Notes: generated from the sequence alone by a model not told the origin. 53,122 bases of DNA from Candidatus Heimdallarchaeota archaeon (GCA_015523565.1 WAKA01000180.1:1-53122); one strand, 5' to 3'. Shown: positions 9,691 to 20,529, numbered from the stretch's first letter. Numbers and translations: made by a program.

Positions 9691-10986
9691 TGTTCTTTCT
9701 ATAAACTCATCCGCGATCCATTTGAGATTTGTCGCTTGTTCCCTATCAATTGTTTCTTCCATGAATTTCAACTTGCTGATGCTCCTTTCAATTGATATGT
9801 CATACAGTGATTTTTCCGTTTGCATTACCTTTTCTCCTATTCTGCACCCGCAGGCAATCCCGTCCAGAAAAAGTTCTTTGATCTCATTTGAAACAGCGGC
9901 ATGTACTAAATCCATAGCCACTTTTTCTAAAGATGCATTGAATGACTTGGTAGTAAACTCAAGCATTGCTGCAATGACTGCACCCGCATTAGCCAAAAAA
10001 TCTGGAATGACAGTCACTCCGTTTTCTTCCAAAACTTTTCTTCCTTCAAATGAAAAGGGATAATTTGCGGCAGGCACAATGATTTTAGTTCTTGCTTTGA
10101 CAATTCTTTCTGCAATTTCTTGATCTATTCTCTCAACTCTTGTCCCTGGCACCAGTAGGTCGACAGTTACATCAAACAATGCATCTGTATCTAGTAATTC
10201 TATATCAAGGTCATAAATGAAATGGTCTCCCTTTTCCAAAAAAAGAGGCATGATCTTGTCAATGTCAAAATATCCCTCATCTGTGCAGTATTCTGAGTTT
10301 TTCTTCGCCACCACTGTCCCGAATCGATTAGAGAACGCCTTTAGTTTTGCCCTTCCCTTCAATAATTTTGCAATTCCGCTTCCAACTTTTCCAAACCCCT
10401 CTATTGAGTAATTTATTCCATCGAGTGGATCAACTTCTTTTTGAGTGGCATTTAATGTCTTGAATGTTTCTTCTGCCGCCACAACAATCCCATACCCTGT
10501 CAATATATTATCCAAAGGCAGTTCAAATTTTTCAGAAATCTGAGAAAGTAGGCCTTTTCTGGCTATATTCCCCATTCCATTTACTCTCAATGCATCTAAA
10601 TACCCTTCTTCAGAAGTCCCCATGTCTGGACCAGTTACCAATTGGATAAAAACGTCATTTGGATAACCTGTACAGGCTTTCATCTTAATGTTTCCAAGGT
10701 TTGCTCCCTTTATGAAGTCCGCAATCTCCCCGACAAATTCTTCTAGAACCTTTTGATCATATGGTTCATTACTTATGCCGCATTTAGCTCCTGAAAACGG
10801 AAGCTGATATGTTGCAAGTTTCAATGCCATTGATATTGATAACTTCTCAACTTCCTCTTTTGTGACATTGGGCATCATCCTAATTCCTCCGATACATAAC
10901 GGAAATTTTGTATGGGCAAACGAAACAAAAGCTCTTTCTTTATTGAAACAATATGTAAGAGGCTCGAATTCACTCCTCTCGTCCAT
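9670..10986 (-). CDS. Glu/Leu/Phe/Val dehydrogenase family protein (divergent)
   Basis: GGIRM, MALK, GAKCGI, GPDMGT, Rossmann motif EGFGKVG, PDFLANAG. Confidence 0.85.
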   Translation of the reverse strand: MDERSEFEPLTYCFNKERAFVSFAHTKFPLCIGGIRMMPNVTKEEVEKLSISMALKLATYQLPFSGAKCGISNEPYDQKVLEEFVGEIADFIKGANLGNIKMKACTGYPNDVFIQLVTGPDMGTSEEGYLDALRVNGMGNIARKGLLSQISEKFELPLDNILTGYGIVVAAEETFKTLNATQKEVDPLDGINYSIEGFGKVGSGIAKLLKGRAKLKAFSNRFGTVVAKKNSEYCTDEGYFDIDKIMPLFLEKGDHFIYDLDIELLDTDALFDVTVDLLVPGTRVERIDQEIAERIVKARTKIIVPAANYPFSFEGRKVLEENGVTVIPDFLANAGAVIAAMLEFTTKSFNASLEKVAMDLVHAAVSNEIKELFLDGIACGCRIGEKVMQTEKSLYDISIERSISKLKFMEETIDREQATNLKWIADEFIERTLLGSFM

Positions 10987-11110
10987 AATGATCTTCTTTT
11001 AATGTGGTTTATCAAAAATTCCAATTCCCATTGAATATTTGTTCAACATAGTGTTGCTTCCTGTACCAACCAAAACATGAATAAAGTGCTTTTTCATCAA
11101 TTGTTATTGA

Positions 11111-12331
11111 TTGCCGAACACTCATGATCAATTATTCAAGCCTTGGTATCTTTTTATTTTCGGATTTTTCTATTTTGGTCAGGGCTATTCGCTTGGCTCA
11201 CTTGCATTGATGTTTCCAATTTATATTAGGGATGTCCTAAACGTCAATGATGAGGCAACAACAATATTCATCAGTTCGATGCTCCTCTTTCCATGGTATT
11301 TGAAAGCAGTTTATGGTTTTCTTTCTGACAACTTTCGCATCGGTAGATTTGGTAGAAGAAAGCCATTTCTGATTTTTGCCGCTCTTTTATCTTTTTATGG
11401 ATGGACAACATTGGAACTATACAAATCTGTCAATTTGGGATTTATAATAAGTGCCTTGGCTTTGGCTTTGGGCTCTGCAATTTCCGATACTGTCATTGAT
11501 GGTTTGGGAGTTGAATTAACTCCAACTGAATATATCTCTAGACTTCAAGGCACCTCTTGGGCTGGAAGAGGCATTGGCATTGGCATGACTGGAATTGTGT
11601 CTTCCTTACTTGTAAAGTATTTTGGCTGGAAAACCATGATCGACGTATCTGCTTTTTTTGGGATTGCAATGGTTTTTTCTGTATTGATTCTTCCTGAATC
11701 CCCTGTTTCAGCAAACTTAAATCTTCGAAATTCCCTTTCCAGCATCTCTTCAATGTTGTCTGGATCTATTTCAAAACTGCTCTATATTCTCTTTTCTGGA
11801 GCATCTCTTACAATAATTCCCCTTTTTTCATTTCTTCTGAACAATGATTTGGGTTATCCAGTTGAAAACTTTGCAATTCCCTCTTTCCTTTTCTCTATTG
11901 GGGTGTTTTTCGGTTCTTATTCAATGGCATATCTTTTCATCAAGAATGAAACAAAAGCAAAAATTCTGCTTATTCATTTGCTATTCCTGACTACTATTGT
12001 TTTTGGAATGATTGCGGCAGAACTAAGATATCCATATCTTGTTAACATTTTTTTTGTAGCCTCTGGCTTTGGTACAGGATTGGTTGAATCGTACCAACTA
12101 AAAGTGATCCAAGAACTGTCTCCTGAAGATGTTGAAAGCACTGCCTTTGCAATATGGACTGGTATCTCAAATGTTGGACAATTTATTGTCGGAGGAATTG
12201 TCTTTTCACAAATTAGCAAACTTCTGAAACTAGAATTGATGAAAGTTATTCAACTGACCCATATTTGTGTCATATTTTCCATTATCGCCCTGTTTAAGTT
12301 CAAGTTTCATGAAAATCGTTCTGCTATATAG
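11111..12331 (+). CDS. MFS transporter (AmpG/BT1-like)
   Basis: About 12 TM helices; FPWYLK, SDNFRIGRFGRRKPF motif A, DTVIDG. Confidence 0.85.
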   Translation: MPNTHDQLFKPWYLFIFGFFYFGQGYSLGSLALMFPIYIRDVLNVNDEATTIFISSMLLFPWYLKAVYGFLSDNFRIGRFGRRKPFLIFAALLSFYGWTTLELYKSVNLGFIISALALALGSAISDTVIDGLGVELTPTEYISRLQGTSWAGRGIGIGMTGIVSSLLVKYFGWKTMIDVSAFFGIAMVFSVLILPESPVSANLNLRNSLSSISSMLSGSISKLLYILFSGASLTIIPLFSFLLNNDLGYPVENFAIPSFLFSIGVFFGSYSMAYLFIKNETKAKILLIHLLFLTTIVFGMIAAELRYPYLVNIFFVASGFGTGLVESYQLKVIQELSPEDVESTAFAIWTGISNVGQFIVGGIVFSQISKLLKLELMKVIQLTHICVIFSIIALFKFKFHENRSAI

Positions 12332-13395
12332 TAATCCTCTGACTGATCTTGGAAATCATGAATTACGATCGCATTTCGCTTCTGCAATGCCACAATTGTA
12401 AACAGGATATTCAATCCTTTTATATCTGGGTTTTTGTCAATTCTCAATGTTTTGAGGGTTCTGATTGCATCCAAATCAGGTAGTGTTTGCAATTTGTTTG
12501 AATCAAGTGTCAATGTATCCAACGGTAAATTAATTATGCTTCTTGGAATTCTTTTCAGTCTATTCCTTGAAAGATAAAGATATTTAAGCCCTATGCAATT
12601 CCCGATTGTACTTGGAAGTTCTGAAATGTGGTTGTCTTGAAGCCACAACATTTCCAGTTGTTCCAAGAATCCAATGGAGCTGGGAATGTTCTGTATCTGG
12701 TTGTTGTGTGCAAAAAGTTGCCACAAATTTCTCAGCAGTCCGATTGCTTCAGGAATTTGATCAATGAAATTATACTGGATGAATAGTTTTCTCAATTGTG
12801 AAAGTCTATCTATGTCATTTGGCAATGAAGAAAGCTTGTTGTTCTGCAAATGAAGAATTCTAAGGTTCACCAATTTTGTCAATGATTTTGGAAGTGTCTC
12901 GATTTCATTATATGAGATGTCAAGCTCCTTAAGTTTAGTCAAATTTCCAATTGTTTCTGGAAGTTCTGTAATTTGGTTCTTGCCAAGATTCAAGTACTCC
13001 AAATTCCTTAGTTCTCCAATGCTTTCTGGTATTTTTCGTATCCTGTTAGACGAAACATTAAGTCTTTTAAGGTTTTTGAGATCGCCAAGCTCTTCTGGGA
13101 GTCGATAGATATAATTGTTTGAAATAAACAAGTGTTTTAACTTTTTCAATTCGAAAATTTCTGGTGGCAGATCATCTATTCCAGTAAAAGAAAGGTGTAA
13201 GCCTTCCAAATTTTCAAACAACCCTATCTCTTTTGGAACTTTTTTGATGTATCTATCTGTCAATCTTAGATAAATCAGATCGCCATTCTCATCAAACTGG
13301 GAACGCTCATACGTTTTTACCTTTCCCCTAATGGAGCAACCAAGTGCGCGTTCCAGTTCCTCAACCTTATTCATTGGATTATATACTTTTTCCAT
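12307..13395 (-). CDS. Leucine-rich repeat protein (about 13 repeats of 23 aa)
   Basis: Repeated LxxLxLxxNxIxxLPxxIGxLxx. Confidence 0.95.
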   Translation of the reverse strand: MEKVYNPMNKVEELERALGCSIRGKVKTYERSQFDENGDLIYLRLTDRYIKKVPKEIGLFENLEGLHLSFTGIDDLPPEIFELKKLKHLFISNNYIYRLPEELGDLKNLKRLNVSSNRIRKIPESIGELRNLEYLNLGKNQITELPETIGNLTKLKELDISYNEIETLPKSLTKLVNLRILHLQNNKLSSLPNDIDRLSQLRKLFIQYNFIDQIPEAIGLLRNLWQLFAHNNQIQNIPSSIGFLEQLEMLWLQDNHISELPSTIGNCIGLKYLYLSRNRLKRIPRSIINLPLDTLTLDSNKLQTLPDLDAIRTLKTLRIDKNPDIKGLNILFTIVALQKRNAIVIHDFQDQSEDYYIAERFS

Positions 13396-13431
13396 CTTAA
13401 AATTAAAAAAAGTTGTTATTCAATATAATCA

Positions 13432-14100
13432 TTAATTCTTTTTTTGTAATGCAATCAAAAATGGGTTGTTTATTTTTTCAAATGCAATGGTGGATGCATC
13501 TCCATGTCCTGGCCAAAAGTCTGTATTGTTTGGAAGCTTCTCAACTAATTTCTTAAGTGATTTGTCCATTGTCTCTGGATCGCTGAAAGGAAAATCGGTT
13601 CGACCTATTGAAAGTTGAAAGAGTACATCACCTGTGAATGCTAAATTGGAATCTTCCACATAATATACCGTGGATCCAGGTGTATGACCTGGTGCATGGA
13701 TTGCCTCTATTCTGATACCTTCCAAATTCAAAATGATATCTGGCTCTATCCATTCGTCTGGCATTGAAATCGTTTTTGAAGGGAAACCAAACCTTTGTGG
13801 CCACTGGTTGAAGTCTGGTAATGGTTCCTTTTCAAATTTGCTTGCATATATTTTGCATCCATCCCCTGAAATTTTTTTGACTTCCCCTGCCCAACCTATG
13901 TGATCAAAATGTCCATGCGTAATAAGTATATGCTTAATCGGAGTTCCCCTATCCATCATTCTCTTCGCTATGTCAACTGCTTCTGGACCTCCTGGATCAA
14001 TCATGATCATTTTGTCCGTTCTGGAAAAAACAAAGCAGTTTGTCGCCAACGGAGAAAGAACACTATGTTCCCAATAACTGGCTTGCAAAATTGATTTCAC
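13432..14100 (-). CDS. MBL-fold hydrolase, glyoxalase II/YcbL-like
   Basis: IDPG, THGHFDH, PGHTPG, FTGDVLF, GRTD, PGHG. Confidence 0.9.
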   Translation of the reverse strand: MKSILQASYWEHSVLSPLATNCFVFSRTDKMIMIDPGGPEAVDIAKRMMDRGTPIKHILITHGHFDHIGWAGEVKKISGDGCKIYASKFEKEPLPDFNQWPQRFGFPSKTISMPDEWIEPDIILNLEGIRIEAIHAPGHTPGSTVYYVEDSNLAFTGDVLFQLSIGRTDFPFSDPETMDKSLKKLVEKLPNNTDFWPGHGDASTIAFEKINNPFLIALQKKN

Positions 14101-14161
14101 ATATGGTCTTCATGCTGAATTATCTTATTATTTGCTATTGCTCTTGGGTGATTTGCAATAA

Positions 14162-15586
14162 TTAAAATCCAAAAAAGCCTTGGATAACTGGCAATGCAAC
14201 ACCCCCAAGAGCACTAAGTTTCGGTAAATATGCCTTGACATAAAATGAAAGGGACTTTGTGAACTTCATCTCCAAGCTGTTTCCAAATAACAATTGCCCT
14301 TCTTCATTTTCTATTTGAACTGTGACAACTTTGTATCCAAATGAATTTGGCTTAAATCTGAACCAAACGGTATCTCCTGTTTGCAATAATGCTGTTAAAA
14401 TACTAAGGACATCTTCACCATCACTGACAAACTTTGGAGGGTCTTCAGGTAATTCAAAAGTTAATCTGTCTAGTGGCATTACAACTTGTTGAGCATGAGG
14501 TTGGACATTGTTGATGTCAGAATTTGTCTTGACAGTTACTCTTGAATTTTCCTCTCCTTTCATGTTCAGGACAAACACCAAAAGACCTGTGGATTCCTTT
14601 ATGCTTCCCTGTTGTGTCTTGCCCATCACATCAAAGTACATCTCTTTCTTCCTGAAGGATTTATAGTCATCCATTAGTTTTATCACTAATTGGTCAACAA
14701 GTCTGAAAACCTCTTCTGCTTGATTCTCAACTTTTCTAACTATGTTCTTGATTTCTTTGTAGGTGAGTCCCGTTTTTTTACCTTTGACAAAAGCGTCATA
14801 ATTTTGTCTGCCCACTACTTCCATGATTTCCTTTTTCTCAATTTCTGGTGTAACCATTTCTGGCAATGATTGACTTAAATAGGAAATCAAAAGTATTCTT
14901 TCCATTGCTCTTTCAACCCTGGTCTCCTGTTTTTCCCCTTTTTCAAATTCTTCTGGAAGAAATGATTCAAGTTCTGCTAACCATTCGTCTATATCCATAT
15001 AGGTTGCAGGATCGAGATATGTCAAAAATACGTCTGACAATAAATTGTCCAAAGTCAATGGGAAAACGTCTGGTTCATAAAAGCCAATCAGCCCTCCTGG
15101 CGAAAAACTGGTCTCTTCAGGATATTCAACAAGGAAGATTACGCTTATTACGATAAATGCAAATGCAATGGCAAGGGTTGTCAGGTTTTTCACCTCTGTC
15201 AGTCCCAAATATTTAACTATATACAAAGAAAATGAAAATATAGAACCTACTGTTATCGCAATTGATAAATTTCTTGCACCGTTCAATGATGAAACAAGAT
15301 CATTATATCCACGAACGCCCTGAACTGGTTTTCCCTCTTTCCGATAACGTGAAACTGCCTTGTCAAACGAAATCTTGAGAAGAATTCCGTTTAATGTATA
15401 GAAGAATGAAAACAAGGTGAACAATGACCAAAAACCTAAGGTCAAAGTTCCTGTAACACTTTGCAATTGTTCTTCCCTAAAACCAAGGCTTAAGAGCAAA
15501 CTAAAGATAATAACACCAAAAGCAGTCATTATCCATTTATTGAATGTCCGCGAAAGTTTGTTGATGGTATTAGCCAAAACAGCCAT
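14162..15586 (-). CDS. Hypothetical membrane protein (4 N-terminal TM helices, large soluble C-terminal part)
   Basis: 474-aa ORF with hydrophobic N-terminal helices; no family recognised. Confidence 0.65.
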   Translation of the reverse strand: MAVLANTINKLSRTFNKWIMTAFGVIIFSLLLSLGFREEQLQSVTGTLTLGFWSLFTLFSFFYTLNGILLKISFDKAVSRYRKEGKPVQGVRGYNDLVSSLNGARNLSIAITVGSIFSFSLYIVKYLGLTEVKNLTTLAIAFAFIVISVIFLVEYPEETSFSPGGLIGFYEPDVFPLTLDNLLSDVFLTYLDPATYMDIDEWLAELESFLPEEFEKGEKQETRVERAMERILLISYLSQSLPEMVTPEIEKKEIMEVVGRQNYDAFVKGKKTGLTYKEIKNIVRKVENQAEEVFRLVDQLVIKLMDDYKSFRKKEMYFDVMGKTQQGSIKESTGLLVFVLNMKGEENSRVTVKTNSDINNVQPHAQQVVMPLDRLTFELPEDPPKFVSDGEDVLSILTALLQTGDTVWFRFKPNSFGYKVVTVQIENEEGQLLFGNSLEMKFTKSLSFYVKAYLPKLSALGGVALPVIQGFFGF

Positions 15587-15652
15587 AAAATGGTCTAAAG
15601 CGACACCATTAAAAAACTACTCTGGCAACTTTCATTTTAAACTAAAATTTTT

Positions 15653-16678
15653 TCAAGTTTCTTTTTCGAAAATTTCCTCAAACTTCTTTATTTCCTCCTC
15701 ATTTGCATTTCTTACCATTGTCATTCCCAAAGGAATTCCCATATCATAAAGATGTCTCCTGAGATTATTGACATTTCGTTCATGATATCTTATGAAATAC
15801 AATAAACCAGTTAAGTATGCTGGACCACTAATGGCTATTAAAGTTATGAAGAGCACAATGACGGCAAGGAAATATACTTCCACAAAACTTAGATTCTGAC
15901 CGTTATCAACAACCAAAGGCAAAATGTCTATCAACAATGAAAGTCCTCCCAAAATCCCTGTGAATCCTAATAGTCTATTCAATGCTCCATTTTTTACATT
16001 TGCCGCAACTTCTCTGACTGTGTTTCGTTTAGTTACCTCCCTAACCGCACTGTCTTGCAATGTCCAAATAACGGGAATCAACCATCCAACCAAGATTGGG
16101 GAAATGAGAAGCACAAATCCTGTCAATGCGCCAAACACTTCCCTTGCCTGACGGAAATTAAGATCAGATTTTGGAAGCATGGCTCTTAAAACAGACGCGA
16201 AAAGTACTGTAACACCAAGACAGGCTGACATTAAGTCAATAAGCCTATCCTTGAAAATTTCTTTCAAATGAGTCATGTCAACATCTGGAACTTCTTCTTC
16301 AATGAAATAGTCCTTATTCGTATCCAGATAAATACCCAATAACATTGAAAGATATTTCTTGATTTTTCCTCCTAGACCAATAAACCTTTGTGTTCCATGA
16401 ACTTTTTCAGAAATGTAACTTTCAAAATTCTCATCCACAAATTTGCTCAAAACCATACGTCCCAATATTTTCCAGCTTCCAATTGCCAAGCCGACAACAA
16501 ATGCAAAAAAGATTATTGCTCCCCCTCCAACAATTAAACCCCAATAATAAAAACTAATCAGAATAAATGCAAACAATCCTGCCCATTTCTTTTTTGAAGG
16601 TCTTGTAACATTAAATTTCAAATGCTCTAGATTGGCAACCTTTGGCTCTAGTATGAATGCACTTGTCATGGTAATCAA
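15653..16678 (-). CDS. Hypothetical polytopic membrane protein
   Basis: About 6 hydrophobic segments; no family recognised. Confidence 0.65.
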   Translation of the reverse strand: MITMTSAFILEPKVANLEHLKFNVTRPSKKKWAGLFAFILISFYYWGLIVGGGAIIFFAFVVGLAIGSWKILGRMVLSKFVDENFESYISEKVHGTQRFIGLGGKIKKYLSMLLGIYLDTNKDYFIEEEVPDVDMTHLKEIFKDRLIDLMSACLGVTVLFASVLRAMLPKSDLNFRQAREVFGALTGFVLLISPILVGWLIPVIWTLQDSAVREVTKRNTVREVAANVKNGALNRLLGFTGILGGLSLLIDILPLVVDNGQNLSFVEVYFLAVIVLFITLIAISGPAYLTGLLYFIRYHERNVNNLRRHLYDMGIPLGMTMVRNANEEEIKKFEEIFEKET

Positions 16679-16729
16679 TAATTCTTCAAAGGATAGTTAT
16701 AAAAATATAACTCATTTAATACATCATTC

Positions 16730-17323
16730 TCAAAAATTGAACTTGGTCAGTTGCTCATGGAAACGGGCTAGTCGTATCTGTTCTTCTTCCAACATACTTG
16801 AAGCTATTTTGAGAACTTTTTTGAGATATTCTTTGGAAACCGCCATTTCACCATCAAACCCAAGAGGCAAAGACATGTGCCCTGTCCCCAAAATTTCAAC
16901 CACAATGCCAGGGCTGATTGACTGAAATTTTGATTTCCCTAATCCTGAATTAAGGGCAAGCTTTACCATTGTTTCTGCATAATCTAGATTTTTCGCACCA
17001 ATATGAAAGTTAGGTGGTTCAAGAAGCATCCATAATTCCTTTTGTTTGAATTCTATTGGGTATCCGATTTTTTCAATTGATAATTCATTAGGGTTATGGG
17101 ACTTGAAAATGAAATCTGTGTGGTATTTGGATCTAACCGCACTTTTACTGATAATTGTCAGTCTTCCTGCACAACTCGAAGTGGTATAATAATGATCAAA
17201 TCCATTAATCAATTCAACCAAGGGAATGACTTCAATGTCGACTTTGTTCTCATCTACTGCATTTGTCCATTTTTTCAAAGCTGCAATCTTTCTTGTTTTG
17301 AAAATATTTTCCACAATGATCAC
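16730..17323 (-). CDS. taw3: tRNA(Phe) wyosine-derivative methyltransferase Taw3/TYW3
   Basis: VD..VIPLVELIN, hallmark YTTSSCAGR, FKSH, EPPNFHI. Confidence 0.88.
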   Translation of the reverse strand: MIIVENIFKTRKIAALKKWTNAVDENKVDIEVIPLVELINGFDHYYTTSSCAGRLTIISKSAVRSKYHTDFIFKSHNPNELSIEKIGYPIEFKQKELWMLLEPPNFHIGAKNLDYAETMVKLALNSGLGKSKFQSISPGIVVEILGTGHMSLPLGFDGEMAVSKEYLKKVLKIASSMLEEEQIRLARFHEQLTKFNF

Positions 17324-18229
17324 TTATCGAAATTCATCAAATACATCTTCTGGTGAAATATTGTTTGCTTTAAGTCCCATTGGGGATTTAAAGGGATTCA
17401 TGCCTGTGGATAATGTCCTCTCAATTTCCTCAAGTGGTTGCCTGTTTTCCTCATAGAATTTTCCAATTGGAATTCTGTCTCCCCATTCAAGTCCTCTTGC
17501 AAACGCTTGGACAATGTCTTTGGGATTATATCCTTCCTCCTCGTCAAGATTATAGATTCTGCTTTCATACCAATCATATGTGTTCAATCTGTTGAAAGTG
17601 ACACATGGGCTTATGTCATCTATGAAGGAAAATCCTTTGTGCTCTATTGCGTCAATAATAGTATCTTCCAAGTGTTTTCCTTGTCCTGAGAATGTCCTTG
17701 CCACATAAGTTGCTCCGGCTCCCAATGCAAGTGTAATTGGATTGATTCTTCTTTCATCAACCCCGTCAGGTGTTGTCAATGTAACCATGTGTTCCTGGGA
17801 TGTTGGAGATGCTTGACCTAACGTTAATCCATAAATTTGATTGTCCATTACAATATAGGTGAGATCCATGTTCCTGCGTGCAGCATGGACAAAATGTCCT
17901 GCTCCAATTCCAAATCCATCCCCATCCCCTCCAACAACAACAACCTTAAGGTCTGGATTTGCCAACTTAATCCCCATTGCTATGGGCAATGCCCTTCCAT
18001 GTGTACCATGAAATCCATATGTGGTCGTAAAATGGGGGAAATTCCCTGAGCATCCTATGCCACTGACAATCACGATTTCCTCCGGCGAATAGCCGAGTCG
18101 AGCAAAGGCTTTCGTTGTGGCGGAGAGTAATCCATAATCTCCACATCCAGGACACCATGAGGGTCGAGGTCCTTTGAAATCTTTAGCACTAAATATTTTT
18201 GTGGTACTGGGTTCTAACGCCGTAGCCAT
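17324..18229 (-). CDS. korB: 2-oxoacid:ferredoxin oxidoreductase beta subunit
   Basis: WCPGCGD, SGIGCS, HGRALP, TPP-binding GDGD, DNQIYGLTLGQ, SPCVTFN. Confidence 0.95.
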   Translation of the reverse strand: MATALEPSTTKIFSAKDFKGPRPSWCPGCGDYGLLSATTKAFARLGYSPEEIVIVSGIGCSGNFPHFTTTYGFHGTHGRALPIAMGIKLANPDLKVVVVGGDGDGFGIGAGHFVHAARRNMDLTYIVMDNQIYGLTLGQASPTSQEHMVTLTTPDGVDERRINPITLALGAGATYVARTFSGQGKHLEDTIIDAIEHKGFSFIDDISPCVTFNRLNTYDWYESRIYNLDEEEGYNPKDIVQAFARGLEWGDRIPIGKFYEENRQPLEEIERTLSTGMNPFKSPMGLKANNISPEDVFDEFR

Positions 18230-18285
18230 ACCTTATCCTCTTCTAGTTGAGTCGTTCTATCATTGAAAAATAATTAAAGGTATAG

Positions 18286-19314
18286 ATGAAGTCGTCAATT
18301 GATGGAAATATTGTCTTAAATTCTATTTGCATTGGATTATGGGAAACCTTTTTGTTTCCAATAGCCTTGGAAAACTTTGTGGATAATGTAACTGAAATAA
18401 AAGCATTCTTGTCACACTATTTCACATTGGAAAAATTAACCCCCTTGAATAAAGGACTTTCAACACTTAAGTATACCTATATTGTCGATAAAGATGATTT
18501 GCGCCGTTTTTCGTCTATGGGACAAATAGAACAAAAAGACATTGAAATTGGACAAAAACTCTTGCTTCGCATTTATTCGGCCTCCACTCATGGTGAAAGG
18601 TTCTACGATTTTGCGATTCGGGAACAAACTGCTCTGGATTGGCTTGAAAAACAACATTTTGATAAAATTCAGGTTCCAAAATTTATTGGGGTTGTTAAAA
18701 CCATTAAGTACCATGCAAACATCGTAACTTGGGTTGAAGGTTCGTCTACATGCGATATGGAAACTTTATTTGATGTTTGGAATTTTATGGACAAGCATTT
18801 CATTGTCACAAATCCTCCTCCCCTTCCCATTCATCATGACATCATAAAAGAATCTGTTTTTGAACTAAAGGAATTCCTGATGTCAACGAATTTTTTTTCT
18901 TCAAACACTAAAAAACTAGTCTCTGAGTTGGATGTGAATGATTTGTATCCACCACCCACCCACGTCATCCATGGCGATTTTCATAGATACAACCTGATTT
19001 ATAATGTCCCGATAGGCATTATTGACTGGGAATACGCCTCACTGGGAGACCCTTGGTTTGATTTGATTTATGAATTGCTCTATGGTTTCAGTCTCCAATC
19101 TTCCCTTCCCATTGATGAATTTCTTGACAATCAGCTTGCAAAACTGAATGTCACAATTCCAGATAATGAACGCATTCTAATTAACTCAATAATGGTCTTG
19201 GTTGTAATGGCTCAATGGTTCTTTTCAAGATACAAAAAAACAAAAAGAGAACATAATTTACAGAAAGGGAGTCGTTGTCTTGACGGAATGCTGAAACTTT
19301 TCCAAAAATTATGA
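18286..19314 (+). CDS. Aminoglycoside phosphotransferase/choline kinase-like protein
   Basis: Brenner motif HGDFHRYNL, IIDWE, GDPWFDL. Start uncertain. Confidence 0.8.
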   Translation: MKSSIDGNIVLNSICIGLWETFLFPIALENFVDNVTEIKAFLSHYFTLEKLTPLNKGLSTLKYTYIVDKDDLRRFSSMGQIEQKDIEIGQKLLLRIYSASTHGERFYDFAIREQTALDWLEKQHFDKIQVPKFIGVVKTIKYHANIVTWVEGSSTCDMETLFDVWNFMDKHFIVTNPPPLPIHHDIIKESVFELKEFLMSTNFFSSNTKKLVSELDVNDLYPPPTHVIHGDFHRYNLIYNVPIGIIDWEYASLGDPWFDLIYELLYGFSLQSSLPIDEFLDNQLAKLNVTIPDNERILINSIMVLVVMAQWFFSRYKKTKREHNLQKGSRCLDGMLKLFQKL

Positions 19315-19357
19315 TGCCCTGTCAATTAAACTTAAATTGTTCTAATTTCTGAATTCA

Positions 19358-20467
19358 TTGGAGGAATGCATATTTACCGACTCATCGAAACTAGACCAAC
19401 TGAGAAATGAAATAAAAGAAATAGACAAACAACTTGTTGAACTAATCTCAAAAAGATTAAGGGTTGCCAAACAAATCGGTCAAATAAAAAGTGTCCAAGG
19501 GCTTCCCATCCGAAATTTCCAAGTGGAGAAAAAAGTGTTTGAACGTGTTTCTCAACTTTCTGAAAAGCTTTCTGTTCCTCAAGAACTTTCAAACGATGTG
19601 TTTGAAAAAATTGTCGCAAACTCTGTTGCCATTCAAGAAAACCTCCCAATGAAAATTCAAAAAGAAACGGAACAGAAGAAAATCTTGATTTTAGGTGGTA
19701 AGGGACGAATGGGACAATGGTTAACACATTATTTCTCATCTTCTGGTCATTGTGTCAAATCTGTTGATCCATCCTATCCTGAAACTGAAGATAACTATCA
19801 AAGTCTTCCTTCTGATTTAAACCAATTTGATGTCATTGCGATCTCTACTCCTCTTCATCGAATTGCAGATGATATTGCTGAAGTCATGGAAAGAAATCCT
19901 TCTGGGCTTATTTTTGACATCGCATCATTGAAATCTGAGATCTTGAAAGTATTGACTGATCATCCGGAATTTAGAAATCTTCAATACGTTTCAGTTCATC
20001 CAATGTTTGGACCTAGTGCAGTCAATCTGCATGGTAAAAATCTGGTTGTCTGCAAGGTGTTTTCTGAAACGCCAGTCGAAAAATTCATCCGCTTTTTTGA
20101 GGACACAGCTGTCAATATCCAAATCATAGATATTTCTGAGCATGACAAGTTGATGGGTTATTCCCTTAACCTTGTGCATCTCATAAACATAATATTGGCG
20201 GATCTTTTGACATCAAATGAATATTCGTTCTCATATCTCAAAAAATTCTCCTCTACCACCTTTGAAAAACAAATCCAAACTACTTATGAAGTCGCCCACG
20301 AAAACCCTGAACTTTATTGGGCTATCCAACATTTTAATTCCTATAGGGACAAATTGTTTGAGGAACTTCAAAAATCTATTTCCAAAGTTCATGACGCATC
20401 AAGAACACAAACTCCCTTTGATTTCATGACAATCTTGGCAAACAGTAGGGCTTATTTTAAATCCTAA
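19358..20467 (+). CDS. tyrA: Bifunctional chorismate mutase/prephenate dehydrogenase
   Basis: AroQ domain LRNEIKEIDKQLVELISKR; PDH domain GGKGRMG, DIASLK, HPMFGP, EHDKLM. Confidence 0.9.
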   Translation: MEECIFTDSSKLDQLRNEIKEIDKQLVELISKRLRVAKQIGQIKSVQGLPIRNFQVEKKVFERVSQLSEKLSVPQELSNDVFEKIVANSVAIQENLPMKIQKETEQKKILILGGKGRMGQWLTHYFSSSGHCVKSVDPSYPETEDNYQSLPSDLNQFDVIAISTPLHRIADDIAEVMERNPSGLIFDIASLKSEILKVLTDHPEFRNLQYVSVHPMFGPSAVNLHGKNLVVCKVFSETPVEKFIRFFEDTAVNIQIIDISEHDKLMGYSLNLVHLINIILADLLTSNEYSFSYLKKFSSTTFEKQIQTTYEVAHENPELYWAIQHFNSYRDKLFEELQKSISKVHDASRTQTPFDFMTILANSRAYFKS

Positions 20468-20529
20468 AACTCATTAATTTTCCAAATTTTGCTCCGATAG
20501 TCTAAAAAAACAAGTGTCCATGTGACTTA

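Noticed and set aside
12307-13395. DNA tandem repeat or CRISPR-like periodicity
   Set aside because: The periodicity is at protein level (LRR codons); there are no identical nucleotide repeats with spacers.
18286-19314. Antibiotic-resistance kinase, or the kinase for the cofilin homologue
   Set aside because: Only generic APH/choline-kinase motifs are present; nothing indicates the substrate.
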